Part shown: positions 13,619 to 29,348 of the stretch, piece after piece
How the letters are laid out: each line of letters opens with the position of its first letter
Numbering within the stretch: position 1 is the stretch's first letter
DNA from: Octopus sinensis
Lineage: Eukaryota
DNA: 64,000 bases
Reading direction: 5' to 3'
Assembly (NCBI RefSeq): GCF_006345805.1
Contig: NC_043006.1
Span: 101,308,001-101,372,000, forward strand
Notes under the pieces: model-generated
The model's database searches: none
What the model saw: the letters and a program-made list of their open reading frames with translations, nothing else
Told to the model about the DNA's origin: nothing
Made by a program: the position numbers and the translations under genes

Positions 13619-14501
13619 CATATATATATACTTTGATACTTTGATAGGTTTCGGCCATTATTGGCCCAGGCCATGTCTAACTTAATAGCACCACCTGGTG
13701 CTATATATATATATATACACATACATGCATACATACATGCATGCATGCATACATACATACATGCATGCATGCATACATACATACATACATGCATGCATAC
13801 ATACATGCATACATACGTGCATGCACGCTCACAAGTCTGTGTTTGTGTGTGTGTATATATATATATATGTATGCATTTGTATATGTGGCTGTATAAATAT
13901 ATACAATACAATTTTATATGTACCCTCACATACACATATATTTGTATACATACATACGTATATACATACACTATGTATGTATGTATGTATGTATGTATGT
14001 ATGTATGTATGTATGTATGTATGTATGTATGTATGTATGTATGAAAATAGATGGATAGATATCAAAGATAGAGAGAGAGAGAGAGAAAGCTAGACAGAGA
14101 GAGAGTGGGGTTTAGACGTAAACTGAATGAATATTTGTCATACAATTCTTGATTGCAGAGAAACCCGATAAGTTTTTTTCCTTTTTTTTTTAAGGGCAGA
14201 GCAAATGCAATAACTCCGATATCTTCTCCAGTAGGAACCTAGTTGCCGAATCTTCTTGAGAATAGACCCCCACCGTCACAAGTAGAATACTTTGGAGCAA
14301 AGTAGTCTCAGAGAAAAAGTCGGAAGGGTCATGTTTGGATCATCTATCGTAGTAGGTTTGCTGGACTAAAGCAGACCCGTGCAAAACTATATATCTTTTA
14401 CATATATATAATACGTTTTAATATTGCTGCCTTACTGAACATAATATTCATATGAACATACATGTATACATACACCTTATATATATGTGTGTGTATATAT
14501 A

Positions 14502-14556
<55 letters not shown>

Positions 14557-14563
14557 ACACACA

Positions 14564-14607
<44 letters not shown>

Positions 14608-14684
14608 AAAAAAATATATATATATATATACATAACACACATGTATAATATATATATATATGTATGTATTTATATACTTACACT

Positions 14685-14862
14685 GCGTGGCTGTGGTAAG
14701 AAGGTTGCTTCCCAACCACATGGTTCCTGGTTCTGTCCCACTGCGTGGCACCTTGGCTAAGTGTCTTCTACTATAGCTTCAGGCCGACCGAAGCCTTGTG
14801 AGTGAATTTGGTAGATGGAAACTGAAAAAAGCCCGTCGTATATCTATATCCCTCTATGTATG

Positions 14863-14896
<34 letters not shown>

Positions 14897-14904
14897 TGTA
14901 CTTA

Positions 14905-14990
<86 letters not shown>

Positions 14991-15183
14991 TATATATATA
15001 TATTTGTGCATGTTTTTGTCGCCACACCAAACATCGCTTGACAACCTCATAACCTAGCGGTTCGGCAAAAGAGACCGATAGAATAAGTACTAGACTTACA
15101 AACAATAAGTCCTGGGGCCGATTTGCTCGACTAAAGGCGGTACTCCAGCATGGCCGCAGTCAGATGATTGAGAGAAAAGAATA
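14685..15183 (+). mobile_element. SINE family A
   Basis: Same head, core and tail as 10393-10790. Confidence 0.8.
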
Positions 15184-15582
15184 TATCTATACATACACAC
15201 ACACATATCTGTATGTGTGTGTGTGTTTGTTTTAATATTTCTACTTACATGAATGAATGAATGAACGAATAAATGAATGAACGAACGTGTCCGTATTTTT
15301 AACTCCGTGTAAACCCTGATCGACGGCAGTAGAGTTATTATCACTCATTCCAGCCGTGACCATCCCCTTATTTTAGGAATATGTACCGCGAAATCAGGAT
15401 CTTTTCCCGATATTATTCAACACGTTTTTCAACGTATGGTAGAGTGTAATTTGAGGGATATTTAACTGCTTTTTCCTGAAGAGCGAGTGACTGTATATAG
15501 AGACTCCCACGCCCGAGTTTGAATCCGATGCTCTATCTCATTCATTACATACATATATACATATATATATATATTATATATA

Positions 15583-15640
<58 letters not shown>

Positions 15641-16374
15641 TGTGTGTGTGTGGTGTGTGTGTGTGAATTCCTCCTCTCTGTTTTCTCACTATGTCTGTTT
15701 GCTTGTCCATCTGTCTATATTTTTGTCTGTCAATGTATGTATCTGTTCATCTGTTTGGGTAGCAGTGCTGGTGGTGATTGTACTACTGATTCTGCATCAA
15801 CCAGCTTCTTTTTTTTTCCTATTATTCCATCAGCATCGTAGTCGTTATTATCGTCATCATGTTCTTCTTAGCTGTTGCAGCAATCATGGTTATTTATCCC
15901 TGCCGACTGCATCAAACCAAAAATAGTGAAAAAAACCATTGCAAAGCTAACTAACCATTTATAGGAAACCAAAGTACACTATATCGAAACCAAATCTAAC
16001 CAAACCACATTTTTACTATATCATAAACCATTAATACTTCGTACACATCCGTACTTCCCAATCTCCCGCCCTTCGACCGATTCCCTCCCTATCTTGCTGC
16101 TGTCTTAGCTTCTCTTTCTGTCTTTCTATTAACCTTTCTGCTACTTCTGTTGCTGTTTCGTCCCGTGGAAAGATACAGATTAAAAAGGAATAAGAAGCGA
16201 TATAATAAATAATCGCGAAATAAAGCTAAAATTAATAAAAATAATAATAATATCTAACAATAATAACAACACACTGCCTTCTTCTTCTATCCATGTGCGA
16301 GCAGATACTCGCAGCTGTTACCACGTCCCGATTTCACTAAAACAGATTCTCTCACTCACACTGTGTGAGTGTGT

Positions 16375-16575
16375 GTGTCTCTCTCTTACTCACACTCTCT
16401 TTCTGTCTCCTTCTCTCTCTCTTACTCACACTCTCTTTCTGTCTCCTTCTCTCTCTCTTACTCACACTCTCTTTCTGTCTCCTTCTCTCTCTCTCTTACT
16501 CACACTCTCTTTCTGTCTCCTTCTCTCTCTCTTACTCACACTCTCTTTCTGTCTCCTTCTCTCTCTCTCACTCTG
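16375..16575. repeat. CT-rich minisatellite, ~34-36 bp unit x ~5
   Basis: Repeated ctctcttactcacactctctttctgtctcctt. Confidence 0.9.
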
Positions 16576-17756
16576 TATCTATTCACTCACTCTCTCTGCA
16601 TTTTAGCTTGCTTATGTCTGCCATTAAGCGCACCCGACCGCCGGTTCCTCGCCACTCGAGCAAAAACTAAATATACATAGATATATAAAAATATATAGAT
16701 TAATAGATATATACACCCCCTCTCTCTCTGTCGAGATATATATATATATCTGTCGAGAGAGATAGATATACATCAAATAGAGAGAGAGAAAGAGAGAGAG
16801 ACACCGCTGTTGCATTTGCCCTCCTCACACACATTCCTGTTTTCTCTCACTCTACCTCCCTCTCTCTAATCCTTCTGTCTATCCCTCATCCTCACCCTCT
16901 CTCTCATTCGCATGCTCTCTTTCCTCACTCATGCTTATTACGTGACCATCGAACGACTTCCCTCACGCCGTCGTCATCGTTGTTGTTATTGTCGTTCAAG
17001 TCTTCCTGCTTTTTTCCTTCCTTTATTACTATTTCAAACTACTACTAATACTACTACTATTACCACCACCAGTATCTACAACATTATTATTGTTATTATC
17101 ATTGCTATTATTCTCAGCGAGTCAGTGCCCGTCGTCTATATAAAACAGTATTGCTAAACACTTACATATGAGAATATATACACATACATGTATATATACA
17201 CAAACACACAATCAGACATATACACACACAAATATACATGCGTTTTACAAACTCACATTGACTGACAGTCTTGACGTATAAAGCAGTGAATATTGAAAGC
17301 GTGATACACAGAGATATATATACACATACCAGGGAGAGAAAATACATACACAGACACACATACAAACGCACATACATACATACACACATACACACACATA
17401 CCCAATTATACATACATACATACATACATACACAACCAATTAACGTTGTTGTCACTTGGATGTTGACGTAGAAAAAAAAAAACTGTCTTTTACCCTCTTT
17501 TGGATTACAAAACATTCGGTAAGTTACTTAACTTTATAACCCCCTTTTCTTGTCCTGTCTGACCCCGTCTCCCTTATTTATTTTTTTTGTTGTCCTACCT
17601 TTAACGTGTCGGGTTTCCTTTTTCATTTTTCTATTTGCCTTCATATCTGTGAAGTTTTCCTCTGCTTATTTCTTAGTATTTTATTCTTGTTTTCTCCGAG
17701 TTGCAGTTTGTACACACACATACACACACAACACACACACACACATACACACACAT

Positions 17757-17807
<51 letters not shown>

Positions 17808-18164
17808 GGGCACCGTTCTATTAGCTTCTATTTTATTCCATATCATTTTGTTACCTCCAGAAGAAATGTTTATACACCAGCATATATGCATGTATATATA
17901 TATATATATATATACATGCATATATGCTGGTGGTATAAACATGTATATATATATGATATATTGTGGGTGTATTATATACACACATGTAAGTAACAACGTA
18001 TTCGTACTGTAAATATACATTTCATTCCAGCGCGTATTGTTTTGTGTAAGTACAACTTGTAAATGTGTAACACACACACACACACATATACACACATATA
18101 TATATATACATATATACACGTATAGGTTTGACACATTTGTGCATCCGTGTAATTATATCACGAA

Positions 18165-18200
<36 letters not shown>

Positions 18201-18869
18201 TTGTGTTTGCATGTGTGTAGGTATGTTAGTGTTCAGCAACAACCTTCAGTGTTTTTGTCTGGATACATTAGTCTTTAATCAACACCAATAATGGTGAGTT
18301 TTTTTGGTTTTTTAACTTAAGCATTAAGCTTCAGTTTTATTATGAGCGAAGGGTTGAGTAGTAACATTCATGCCCTTATTTCTAAATCTATGATCAACGT
18401 TTGATGAAAGCAAATTGTAATAATAATGATAATTAGACTCATGAAACCGGAGGTGTCAGATGAGGAGATACAAGATGTTGTGAAGTTCATGCCTTTTTCG
18501 AGAAATGTTTTGTGGTATTAGTATTATCGCAACGTGAAAGGAAATGGCTCGGTTACCAGGCTGGCTTTTATTTTATTTTTAAAGGCGGATGTCGGGGAGA
18601 AATGATATGTTAATAAATATAAAGAAAAGAGAAATGTGACGATGAATTTTGTCTTTATAAGTGTGATAGATTTAGTAATTAGTCAAAGATGATTATTATT
18701 ATTAATGCAACTACTACCACTAATATTATTGTGACTAATCACAGTCAGCACTAAATACAGGCAAAAAGCTAGACCCGAGTTACTTAAAACGAAACCAACC
18801 CAACAGTGTATAAAGAACACCAACAACACTAGCACCAAATATAATTATTACTATACTACTACTATTATC

Positions 18870-19315
18870 ATTGTGGATTGGTAGAATCGTTTGAGCTTTG
18901 GAATAAAATGCCTTGCAGTATTTGTTCCGGCTCCTTCCGTTCTGAGTTCAAATCCCGTTGAGGTCAACTTTGCCATTCGGTATCACAGGGTCGAGTAAAT
19001 GAAGAGTCAGTCAAGTAATGGGATCGATGTAATCGATTAATCCCCTCCCCTTAAAATTGTTGGCCTTGTGTCAGAATTACAAAGTATTATTATTAAGGCG
19101 GCTAGATGGCAGAATCGATAGCACGCCGGACAAAATGCTTAGCGGCATCTCGTCCGTCTCTGCGTTCTGAGTTCAAATTCGGTTGAGGTCGACTTTGCCT
19201 TTCATCCTTTCGGGGTCGATATAACATTCACTAGTTGAATATTGGGGTCAATGTAATCGACTGAAACTCTCCCCTGAAATTACTGGCCTTGTACCAATAT
19301 TTGAAACCGTTACTA
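18870..19315 (+). mobile_element. Two tandem SINE family B copies (Meta-domain-like)
   Basis: ..GTTCTGAGTTCAAAT..GAGGTC.ACTTTGCC.TTC..GGGGTCGA..GTAATCGA..GGCCTTGT and an (ATT)n tail, present twice. Confidence 0.8.
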
Positions 19316-20039
19316 TTATTCCTACTATCACACGAACAAAAGCAGCATCAGAATCGAATTGAGAAAGTCAATTCTATACATACTAACATACTATAGATAC
19401 TAACATACTATAGATACTAACAATGCCTTAAGTCGTTACTGGGAAAGGCATGGACGTTACTAACCATTCCCCTTCTAGCTAAAAATTCCCGACTTCTCGA
19501 CGCACCGCAGGGCACCCACCATACTAAACTTCTTCACCGTTTAACTAACCTTAAAAAAAAAAAAAAGGAATCCATATGTGTTCATTCGACATACTAGAAA
19601 TAGATGCTAAATGTCTCTCAGATTGCTTCAAACCATCTTTGATAACAGACATATAATATACGTTATGAATGTAAATAAAGAAGGGGCGATCATACTTGGA
19701 ACGTCTTTGATCACATGTCTGCTTATCGTGGTTGACTTTAGGCAACAACATCATGATACTGAATTCCTACTGCTTTCGTTATTTTAGGTTTTGAGTTCAA
19801 ATCCCCGCTGTAGTCAGCTTTTGCTTTTCATTCTTACTAACGAAGAGATGTTTCGGTAAGAATGTACCGGTTTAGATATTAACGTTTCATTTGATTTTGA
19901 AACCCTCTTCCATACGAATCGTTCTTGTGTTTAGTGAAAAGCATACTATTATTCCAAATAATTGTTTGTGTGACACGGGGGAGGGGTGCGTGCTTGTGCA
20001 GTTTCCAATCCGACCGGAAGACCACGACAACGACAGTAC

Positions 20040-20228
20040 ATTTGTATGTATGTGTATATATATGTATGTATGTATGTATATATATATATGTATGTGTATA
20101 TATATGTATGTATGTGTATATATATGTATGTATGTGTATATATATATGTATGTGTATATATATATATGTATGTGTATATATATGTATATATATATATGTG
20201 TATGTGTATATATATGTATATATATATA

Positions 20229-20263
<35 letters not shown>

Positions 20264-20720
20264 GTATGTGTATATATATGTATGTGTATATATATATATG
20301 TGTATATATATATGTGTATATATATATGTATGTGTATATATATATGTGTATATATATATGTGTGTGTATATATATATGTGTGTATATATATATATGTGTG
20401 TATATATATATGTGTGTATATATATATGTGTGTATATATATATGTGTGTATATATATATATATGTGTATATATATATGTGTGTATATATATATGTGTGTA
20501 TATATATATGTGTATATATATATATATATATGTGTATATTATATATGTATGTGTATATATAATATGTGTATATATATATATATGTGTATGTGTATATATA
20601 TATATGTATGTGTATATATATATATGTATGTGTATATATATGTATGTGTATATATATATGTATGTGTATATATATATATGTGTATATATATATATATATA
20701 TATTTATATGTGTGTGTGTA
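20040..20720. repeat. Long compound (TA)/(TG) microsatellite
   Basis: Direct reading. The long YIYVCM ORFs here are low-complexity artefacts. Confidence 0.95.
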
Positions 20721-23700
20721 TAGTCATGTAATGTGGGGGCGAAACAAGCACAAAAAGGAAGTGATAGGGTTCACAAAATATTCTGGGGTTTCAAATCATT
20801 AAACATATGTCCCTTCTCTCTTCTTTCTTACGAAACCGGCTTTGTTTTTCGTCGAGGCAAAACACTAACGGTACGAGACCACTACTACAATACTAATTAC
20901 TTCCTAGAACCAACCATAAGAAACCGTACGAGCACTATAGAGTTGTGATTTATTATTTTCACTTTTATTATTATTATTATTATGTGTTAATAGTAATAAT
21001 ACTTCTTCTGAAAGCAACAGAGCTGTGTTCTGTTTACGCTATTTCACTTCGGTGGTCTTTCGTAACCACCTGTTTGTGAACAGAAAGTAATCAAGTACCA
21101 GGTATGTACTATGGATAGATTCAATAGTTTTTAATGCCTGGTCCCCCCCCCCCCCAAAAAAAAGCATAACCTACATCATCATAATTAATAAATGAAGAAC
21201 CCGATTTATTTATTTATTATTATTGGTTGAGCATCTGACTCCCAACTAAATGATTTCCAATATTTTCGTTTCGTAATTTCAAGTTCAAATCGTGTTGGGT
21301 TTCTCCCGAGATCGATATATGTAGTACCAGTGATATATTATTGAATAGAAGTGATAATTTTTTTATAATGTTGTACCAAGAGATTAACATTATTCTTTTT
21401 TGAGTTTCTAGTATAATTATACATATTTTTTTAACAGACACAAAGGTCAACGCGACCCGGTTTCGATTCCTAGTCGAAGCTAATTTACTTCACTAGTGAT
21501 GATGCTAATACTTTCAAAGATATGAATGAAGATCTCAAAATCTCGTTCTCTTCTTGTATATCCAAGTCGTTGTGCTTATTCACTATTATTTAGCGTTACA
21601 TTAAACGAACACAGAACTGAATTTTAAAAAACTATTTCGGTATACACCCTTAAATTTGTTAAATGTGTGTGTGTGTGGGGGGGGAGAATAAGAGAAGCGA
21701 ATGGTTGTGATGTTCATGCTTTCCGATGAATGCGACTCAGTGTCATCCATCCATTCATTCATTCATTCATTCTTTCCTTCATTCCTCTGCGTAAGCGCGC
21801 GTCGGTGCATTTGTGTGTATATTGCGTGTGCTTGTGTTGCGAAAATGTGTGCGGTTTGCCGGGCTTCAAATTAAAAATAAGCTGACTACTGTTTTTCCAT
21901 TTATGCACTACTGCTACTACTACTACTACTACTATAGTATTGTTCTACTATTGATGGCATTACTTAGCTTGCCTTTTATTATTATTCTTCTTCTTCTTCT
22001 CCTCTTAGTGATTATGGTAAATCGTGTTATTGGTCCGACTCTCTGAAGTCAACCAAGTCAGTCAGTCACTCACCAACTGATTGCTTGATGACAGTCAGTC
22101 TTTTGGCTTCGGTTTTGCTGGGTTTTTTTCTTCTTTTGTCTACTTGCATGTTCGCAGAATTATATTACATAGTTTACACACCAAACTTACCCAACATGTA
22201 GCATTTTCCCCTTCGGGAGATAAACGATCGTTTCAGCTTTCTGTCTCTCCTCTTTTCTCAGTTTAATTATATATATATATATTATATATATATATATATA
22301 TGTATATATATGGAAAGCAAACCTAAAGTGCAGTTAGTAAATCAGTCACCGTCAATGAGAAAGAAATCATTTGATTGATATTTTCTGGATGTAAATTGCA
22401 CCCTTTTCACTTTTGGTGTAGTAAATAAATATGAGCCAAACAAGAGAACCTCCAACGTGATCTCTCTATTTGCTTGAAGTAGCAGTCAAATCTCACTTAA
22501 ATTGTATTCCCACTAACTTAAAACGTATACACTGTTTTTAAAGAGAGAGAGAGATCATAGATTTGTTTGATTAAGCTTGACCTGGGGCTAAACAAGTAAA
22601 TACTAATTTAATGAATCGATTTATATCAACTTCCACCCCCATTAAGAAAAATTAACGTGTGTTTTGTTAAAAATCGTTTTGCTTCTGCCTCAGAGTAGTA
22701 AAGTTTAAGTTTGGCGAACCGATTCTACCATACGGTTTCGCTTCTCATTCGGATCTATGCTCTTCCTATGCTCTCAAGTTTATTTCAACTCTCTAATATA
22801 TCTTGCTTCTTTCTCTGTAGATGATACAGGGGTCAGAGATCAGAACTGAATGTTGAGTTTAAAACAATTTTTGCTATGTAACTTGGTGACTTTTTTCATG
22901 TGTTCAACTTTCATTCAGTTCGGCTTATCCTCTCATCTTTCCCAGTCAATAGAATAATAGGGCATTACTAAAGTAGTACTAATTTATTTGGTTTGTTCTC
23001 TCGAAAACGTACCTTTTGCCTTGCAGAATTAGCTTTGAGCCCAGTCAAACAACAATAGCACTGTGGAGAGTATTACCATGGTTAGCACAGAGGTTGTAGT
23101 CATCGGTTAACAAAGATTGAGTCCCGGTTTCGATTCCGCATAGGAATAACTCCACGTATATTAGCTATTGGACGTCAGAATTTCTAATTTCTATTCAATA
23201 ACTGAGCTCCATGTCTAATGTTTATTTTCGGTGTCTGTGGCGATTAACGCTATCGAATTAGTTATTGGTTAGTTCTCAGGTCAGCCCTAATTGAGCAAAC
23301 CTATGATTAAGGTTTTTTTTTTTTTAGTATATATGGATGCTGTGTAAGGAACGTATCATTCAATAATGATAATTATTTTTGTAATACAAGGAAAGGTAGC
23401 TCAAATGTTATATAATTATATCAACTGTAGGAAAAATCCTTGAGGCAACCAAAAGGAATAATAAAATAGAGAAAAGTTTCCCTCCAATATAAAACGTCCG
23501 CTGGGGAAAAGAAAAGTATAGATAAATAACCCCACTTCATCACTCCTGGCTGCCATAACTCAGACCAAAGATTTCCAGACCATTTTACCATTGGAATATG
23601 TGATACTTACTTTGTTCAATGTGCTTTCCCTTTTCTAAGACGAAGGAAAGTGGGGTATAAATTTGAGTTGGGTTTTGCTACTGTTTCTAGCTAGTCTAGT

Positions 23701-24551
23701 AACAACATAGTGACTCCCATCGTAATCTATCTAGTGTTTAATTTTGGTGCCTTTTGTAGCAATTAAATCAATTTTTATTACTGTTACTACGACTCTTTAT
23801 TATTACTACTAGATACAATGGTTAGCAGATGTTACCACTATCTCCCTCTTGGTTTGTTGAAATGACGACAATGATGAGATACAGTTTATAAACATTGCAT
23901 TTAGAGCAACACGGCCTCGTTGCTTTCTTTTTGCATCGATTTCAAATCGATCTCTGACTTGCACAGTTTTCTTATTTATTTTTTCTTTCCATCATTCTTT
24001 TTTGTTTCTTCGTGTTTTCTCTGCATTTCTCCCGCTTCATTTGCATTCTTTTTGTTTTCGTCTTCATTTAGTGGGGCGGACGGGCGGGCGGTCTCTATCT
24101 CTCGGTCGGTCGGGTTCCCTTTCTGATCGGTCTCTCTATCATCCTCTTCCCCCGATCTCTCCATCTCTCTTGGTCTCATTGTCTAGCTGGTTCTTCCTTC
24201 TTCGTTGTTGTCTATCCATCTCTCTCTCTGCCACAATTTGTCTCATTCTCACAGTCTCTTTTCCTCCCATCTGTTGTTTCAATATTTCTCGTACCATCCA
24301 TTCAATATATAATACTTTGCAACGAATCTTTCCATTCTCAGAGAACCCATACCCACTTTCTGCTTCTCTAACCGACGGTAGTTGGCAGGTTGCTTGTTTG
24401 CGAGATAGTTTGGGTAAATTGTATTGAACAGAGTGTGATCACATTATTTGCCATAGATGAGGCAAAGAAATAGCCAAGGGTTTTAATATTTCATTTCTTA
24501 GTAAATCACTTGTGTCCGCAGAGATTTCTTTGACTCTAGGAAATGAAACGA

Positions 24552-24584
<33 letters not shown>

Positions 24585-26145
24585 ATATATTTACATACAT
24601 ACATCAGTCGGTGACCAGTTTGCCAGTCATCTGGCAAAGTCAAGTCATGGGTGAATGTAGAGAAACGATTATGCATGTGTATTTATTCAGAACTGTTTAC
24701 GAATGTGTCCTTTAGTAAATAACATGAAAGGGTGTGTCAGATTGGCAGAAGCATTAGAGTGTCACACACACACACACACAGACCCACGCACACACACACA
24801 TATATATAAACCTTGCAGTATTTATTTGGTTTTGGTTCTTCACGTTCTGAGTTCTGTTACCGCCGGAGTTGATAAAATAAAGTGGTGGGGTCGATATAAT
24901 CAATTTTACCCATCCACCATAAAATTCTTTGTGCCAATGTGGTTTGTTATGAGCTAACGAGAATGCATTTTCATTGTCGTTCGACCTACTATAAGTAGCA
25001 GCTAAAATCTCCCTCAAAATATATCCTCTCTGGAAAGGGAAATATTGGATACTGTAGTTCTAGATATGCAATGCTCAAAAGAAGGACGGAGTGGTCATGT
25101 TTGGAAGTATGTATGTATCAAAGAACAAGTGAAACTAAGGAATAGAGACCTTTTGTCCGTGGTTCCCTACCTTTTCTCTACCAGGGACGATCAACTTTTT
25201 TTTAATGAATTTTCTGGCGTTTAAAATGTCTTTCTACTCAATAAGCCGATCTTATTAAACTAATTAGTTTTCCTAGTTTATTTCTCATCTGAAAGATATA
25301 TTAAATGAATAATTATATGTAATAGATTAATTATACATTTTACACTGCCGTATTTTAAAATTCTGAGCTCAGCTCACGGACCTCAGGTTGAATTTCACTG
25401 TTCGAAGCGGTTGCTCGATCTGCTACAAACAGCGACCAAATTTCCTTCAAGTCGCAATGATCTTAATTGAGGAAAGTTATATTTAATAATGTTATGCCCG
25501 ATCATATTGATTCGGGTGTTGGGTACGCAAAAGAGCTGGATGATAAGAAACCTTCAAGCATTTTATAATTCCGTCAGGGGCTGCACTACGACTAAACAAC
25601 CATCAAGAACTAAATCCATCGAGAAGAATATTTTGAAATATTTTTACTACCGTTGTTCTTTTTTTATTATTATTATTATCCTTACAGCGACCTTCTGTGT
25701 TACTTTATTAAAGGTTTCAGAGATGGCGTGTTTGGACTACCGACAAAAACTAATTCGATTGCCACTAAACGAAACCTGATCGAACAAACCTATTTCACTG
25801 AAGGGTACTCAAGAAGTGAACCATCACGTCTTGTTAGAGATATTCTAAGATTACGGTAGACTATGTATTTCTCTGTTATGAACCTGGCAAGCATTCAAGT
25901 CCGACAACGAAGTCTTAAAATAAAATGTTTATCCAAGTTAAGTCGTAGTAGCAAACGGTCGTTTATCTTCAGTGGTTTTGATTGGAATAACTTAGTTCCT
26001 CTCATCAAAATTGGTAATTATGTTCAGTAGCACTAATCACGTGATTATTCGGTTTAAATCACAATAAAAATATGTACATGTAGCGCTAAAATAATAGGTA
26101 TGTTGCATATCAATCCTACTTAGCTAATTAATGCATTATACATAC

Positions 26146-26191
<46 letters not shown>

Positions 26192-26468
26192 GAAAAGCCA
26201 TGTGGATGTACCTACAATAACTGAATTTAGAGGAGAGGAACTCTCAGATTCAAGACAAGAACGGAGTGACACCCGATCGTGGGAAAGGAAACTCGCTTGT
26301 CACATCGTAACAGATGTAACAACGTCATATCAATAGAGGAACTTAGACAAATCTTTTCGACAAAATAACAATTTAACTTGATGAAATAAATTGTTGGTAC
26401 AGACAAAGTTTATGCAAAATTCATTCTGAAAATTTAAGCACATTGAATTCATTACGGCTAGAAATATT

Positions 26469-26859
26469 GGATCTTTTCGGTTTGAACGGCAGTTTTTAAC
26501 ATAATTTCTAGGTAACTAAAAAATTGTAAACTTCGTATATTGGTAGAATATGTTTATATTATTGAGAAAATTCTATAGTTTGTAAGATATTTGTTGTATT
26601 TTTTTCTTCAATTTCTGCAATTTCAACCAATTAGTGACGTCTATTGAGTTAAAAAGCATTCTGTGCCGTATGAATATGTCCCTCGTTTAAGAAACAGATT
26701 GGGTTTATTTACATTTGTGAAGAAAAAAAGATACCCTTCCCCCCACCCCTAACCCTAAAAGAGATTGAAATGCAATAGATCGATTCTAGGGTCATAATTA
26801 TAGGTGACAATTTCATATGACACCGCTAGAAAAAACTGCCGTTCAAACCGAAAAGATCC
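26469..26859. mobile_element. Non-autonomous DNA transposon, GG termini, 8-bp TSD (Merlin/IS1016-like by inference)
   Basis: 29-bp TIR GGATCTTTTCGGTTTGAACGGCAGTTTTT at both ends; TSD GAAATATT (26461-68 / 26860-67); internal CCCTAACCCTAA. Confidence 0.85.
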
Positions 26860-27278
26860 GAAATATTGTGCAAGAGGGAACGAGCACTTAAAAAAAAAAA
26901 AAAAACTTGTCTAAATAAATATATTCCCGACAACTGAAGATAGTTGCTGAGAATCTACTGCCAGAATGCTGTTCGTTTTTCATTACTGAACGGGTGAGAC
27001 CTGCGTACCTTCATATATTTTTTTGCATCAGGTTTTTTTTACTAGTAATTCATTCATTGTGATTAGAATTTTAAAATGTTATTTCTACCTTTGCTTCCAT
27101 TCGCTACCCTCTTCAAATCTGATAATAAACTCTTGACTAGTTTATTATCATGTTTGTTACCTTCATAAATGTTGTGAGACAAGTTTTTGTCTGCATTGAA
27201 TCTTTTAGCATGCTTTTTTTTTCTCCCACATAAATAATACTAGACTACCCGTGATTCATTTGGTCACCAATAGTTCCA

Positions 27279-27548
27279 GGTACCCGGAAAACTGCGTATC
27301 TAGCGAACCGGTGGTCCGATTTACATGAAACTTGTTTTATTTCATTAGTATTCACATTTCAGTGGTGTCTTACTTTCAAATCATTTCTCCTATTATGCGC
27401 CGTTCTGGCTATTTATAGAGGTACCCGAAAAAACAGCGTATCTTGGGTCCGATTTACGTGAAACTTGTCTTATTCCGTTTGTTTTCCCATTTCAGGCGCA
27501 CCTTACTTTCAGAGTATTTTCCCATTATGCGCCAGTTTGGCTGTATTA
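27279..27548. repeat. Diverged tandem duplication, ~141-bp period
   Basis: ggtaccc..gcgtatct..gtccgatttac.tgaaacttgt..cttactttca..attatgcgcc occurs twice. Confidence 0.7.
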
Positions 27549-29348
27549 AATTGCAGACAAGCACGCAAGTAAGCAATCACAGAGTTTTAGTAGTAGTAGC
27601 AGTATATATATATATATATATTCGAAACACGCTGGAGTTGAACTAGGGACAGCTGATGAAGGGGATTTTCCTTGTGTAGTTTGTCTTGTACTCTGTTTCT
27701 TTCGTTTAGGTCTGTTTCCACGTTTGTTTTTACGTTTTCGTTTCTCGTTGAGTTCTACGTCTATTTGTGGTGTCCTGTACTCACGTATATATATTTATAT
27801 ATGCATGTATATATACATGTAGATGTAGGTACGTACATATATGTATGTATGTATGCATATATTTTATTTATTACACTATATATATATATGTGTATATATG
27901 TACGTATATATATATATATATCGGGGACATGCCGCCTGGGTAGGCAAGGTACGCAGTGCCTGCCCTGAATGAAATAGATCGATAGTAGCATTTTCCTTTT
28001 ATGGCAAAATATGCACTTAATTTAATAAAATTATGAAGGTTACTTTGATTATTACGCATAAAATGCAAAGTATTTTTTTTTTTTTTGTTGATTGGGGAGG
28101 CACAATTCGCCTCAGCCTTTCAATCTCTATATCAAAACCACGGATAGTACTGATGTAGTACATGTGCTGCATACATTCCTACAACAACGTTTTCTTTACG
28201 TGCTATAACGGCATAAAGTAAATCTGCCGCCAACTCAGTTGCGTGCCTGTGTTTCACTTATTTTGTTGTATCTTTTACTACATAAACGTCGCCAACTGCC
28301 TACCCTGAGTAATTACTCACGGCATGTGCCTGATATATGGTGATTTGGAGTTTTGGGGAAAAAATGATCTGTCAAAGGGCGTCTAAACTCAAGAGGGTCA
28401 ACAGTCAGTGTCTATATGAATGTTTGTATTATTTCGATGTATATATCTATAAATGCACATGAAAGAAGGTTACTCTTACGCGAAACTTGCGGTGACTGAA
28501 GTCGTCCTTGCGCTCCTTTTATTTAAAAAAAAAATCAAACAAACAAAACTTGTCGCCAATTTGACGAACGGTTTCAAACATTTAGAGCAGGGGCTTTCCA
28601 CGCATTTTTTTTTTTTTTATCTATGGACCCCTTTGATTACTATTTTATGCTGATGGACCTCCATAGCCATTCACTGTTTAAAGACTAGTTTTATAGAAAC
28701 TTCTTTCAAAAATTCTTATTTTGCTTATCACACATTAACTTGTGTAGGTTGAACTGTGTAAGACGTTGGAGAAAGGAACCCTTTTGCAATACATACCATT
28801 ACATACATCTAAAGCAAGCATTTTTCAAAGACCCTTAAAATATTATTGTGGATCCTCAATTTACTGTTTTGCTCGCGTGGATCCCCCCCAAATCTCGTAT
28901 GGACACTCAAGGACTATATGGGCTCGGGTTGAGAACCACTGAAAGTAACACTCGTGTTGCATAAGGATTTCGCAGAATCTTTACAGCATCAGAACAATTA
29001 TCGTGTTGTATTTCTTCTTATGTTCTTCATATTCTGAGTTCAAAGCTTACCGGGATTAGCTTTCATCCTTCTTGGGATTTCTGGGGCTTACCCCCCCCCC
29101 CCAGCCAAGTACCGAAGTAGAATGCAACAACTAAGCTACTCCTCTCTGAATTGCTGGAATTGAACATCCTAAATATTAATATGCCAACTTCTGTTTTTTT
29201 TTACGTACGAACCTGTGGTGTGTGTCACACTTACTTCAACGGAAGAGGTAAAAAGGTTGAAAGGAGAGGTACAAAGAAAAAGAGAAATAAAAGGTGTTAA
29301 GCAGAGGAAGTATAGTTGAAGTGAGTGGCAAAGCGAGTGAGTGGAAAT

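Noticed and set aside
12365-16575. CRISPR-like arrays
   Set aside because: Eukaryotic context; the repeats have no unique spacers and no cas genes are present.
23060-23145. tRNA-like sequence
   Set aside because: Only degenerate box-like motifs and no cloverleaf; probably an old SINE head.
25711-25856. Possible exon GFRDGVFGLPTKTNSIATKRNLIEQTYF..
   Set aside because: Open frame with mediocre splice sites, no partner exons and no recognisable homology.
28588-28941. Complete hAT MITE
   Set aside because: The right end GTTGAGAACCACTG is hAT-like, but the left TIR is degenerate and there is no TSD; a fragment only.
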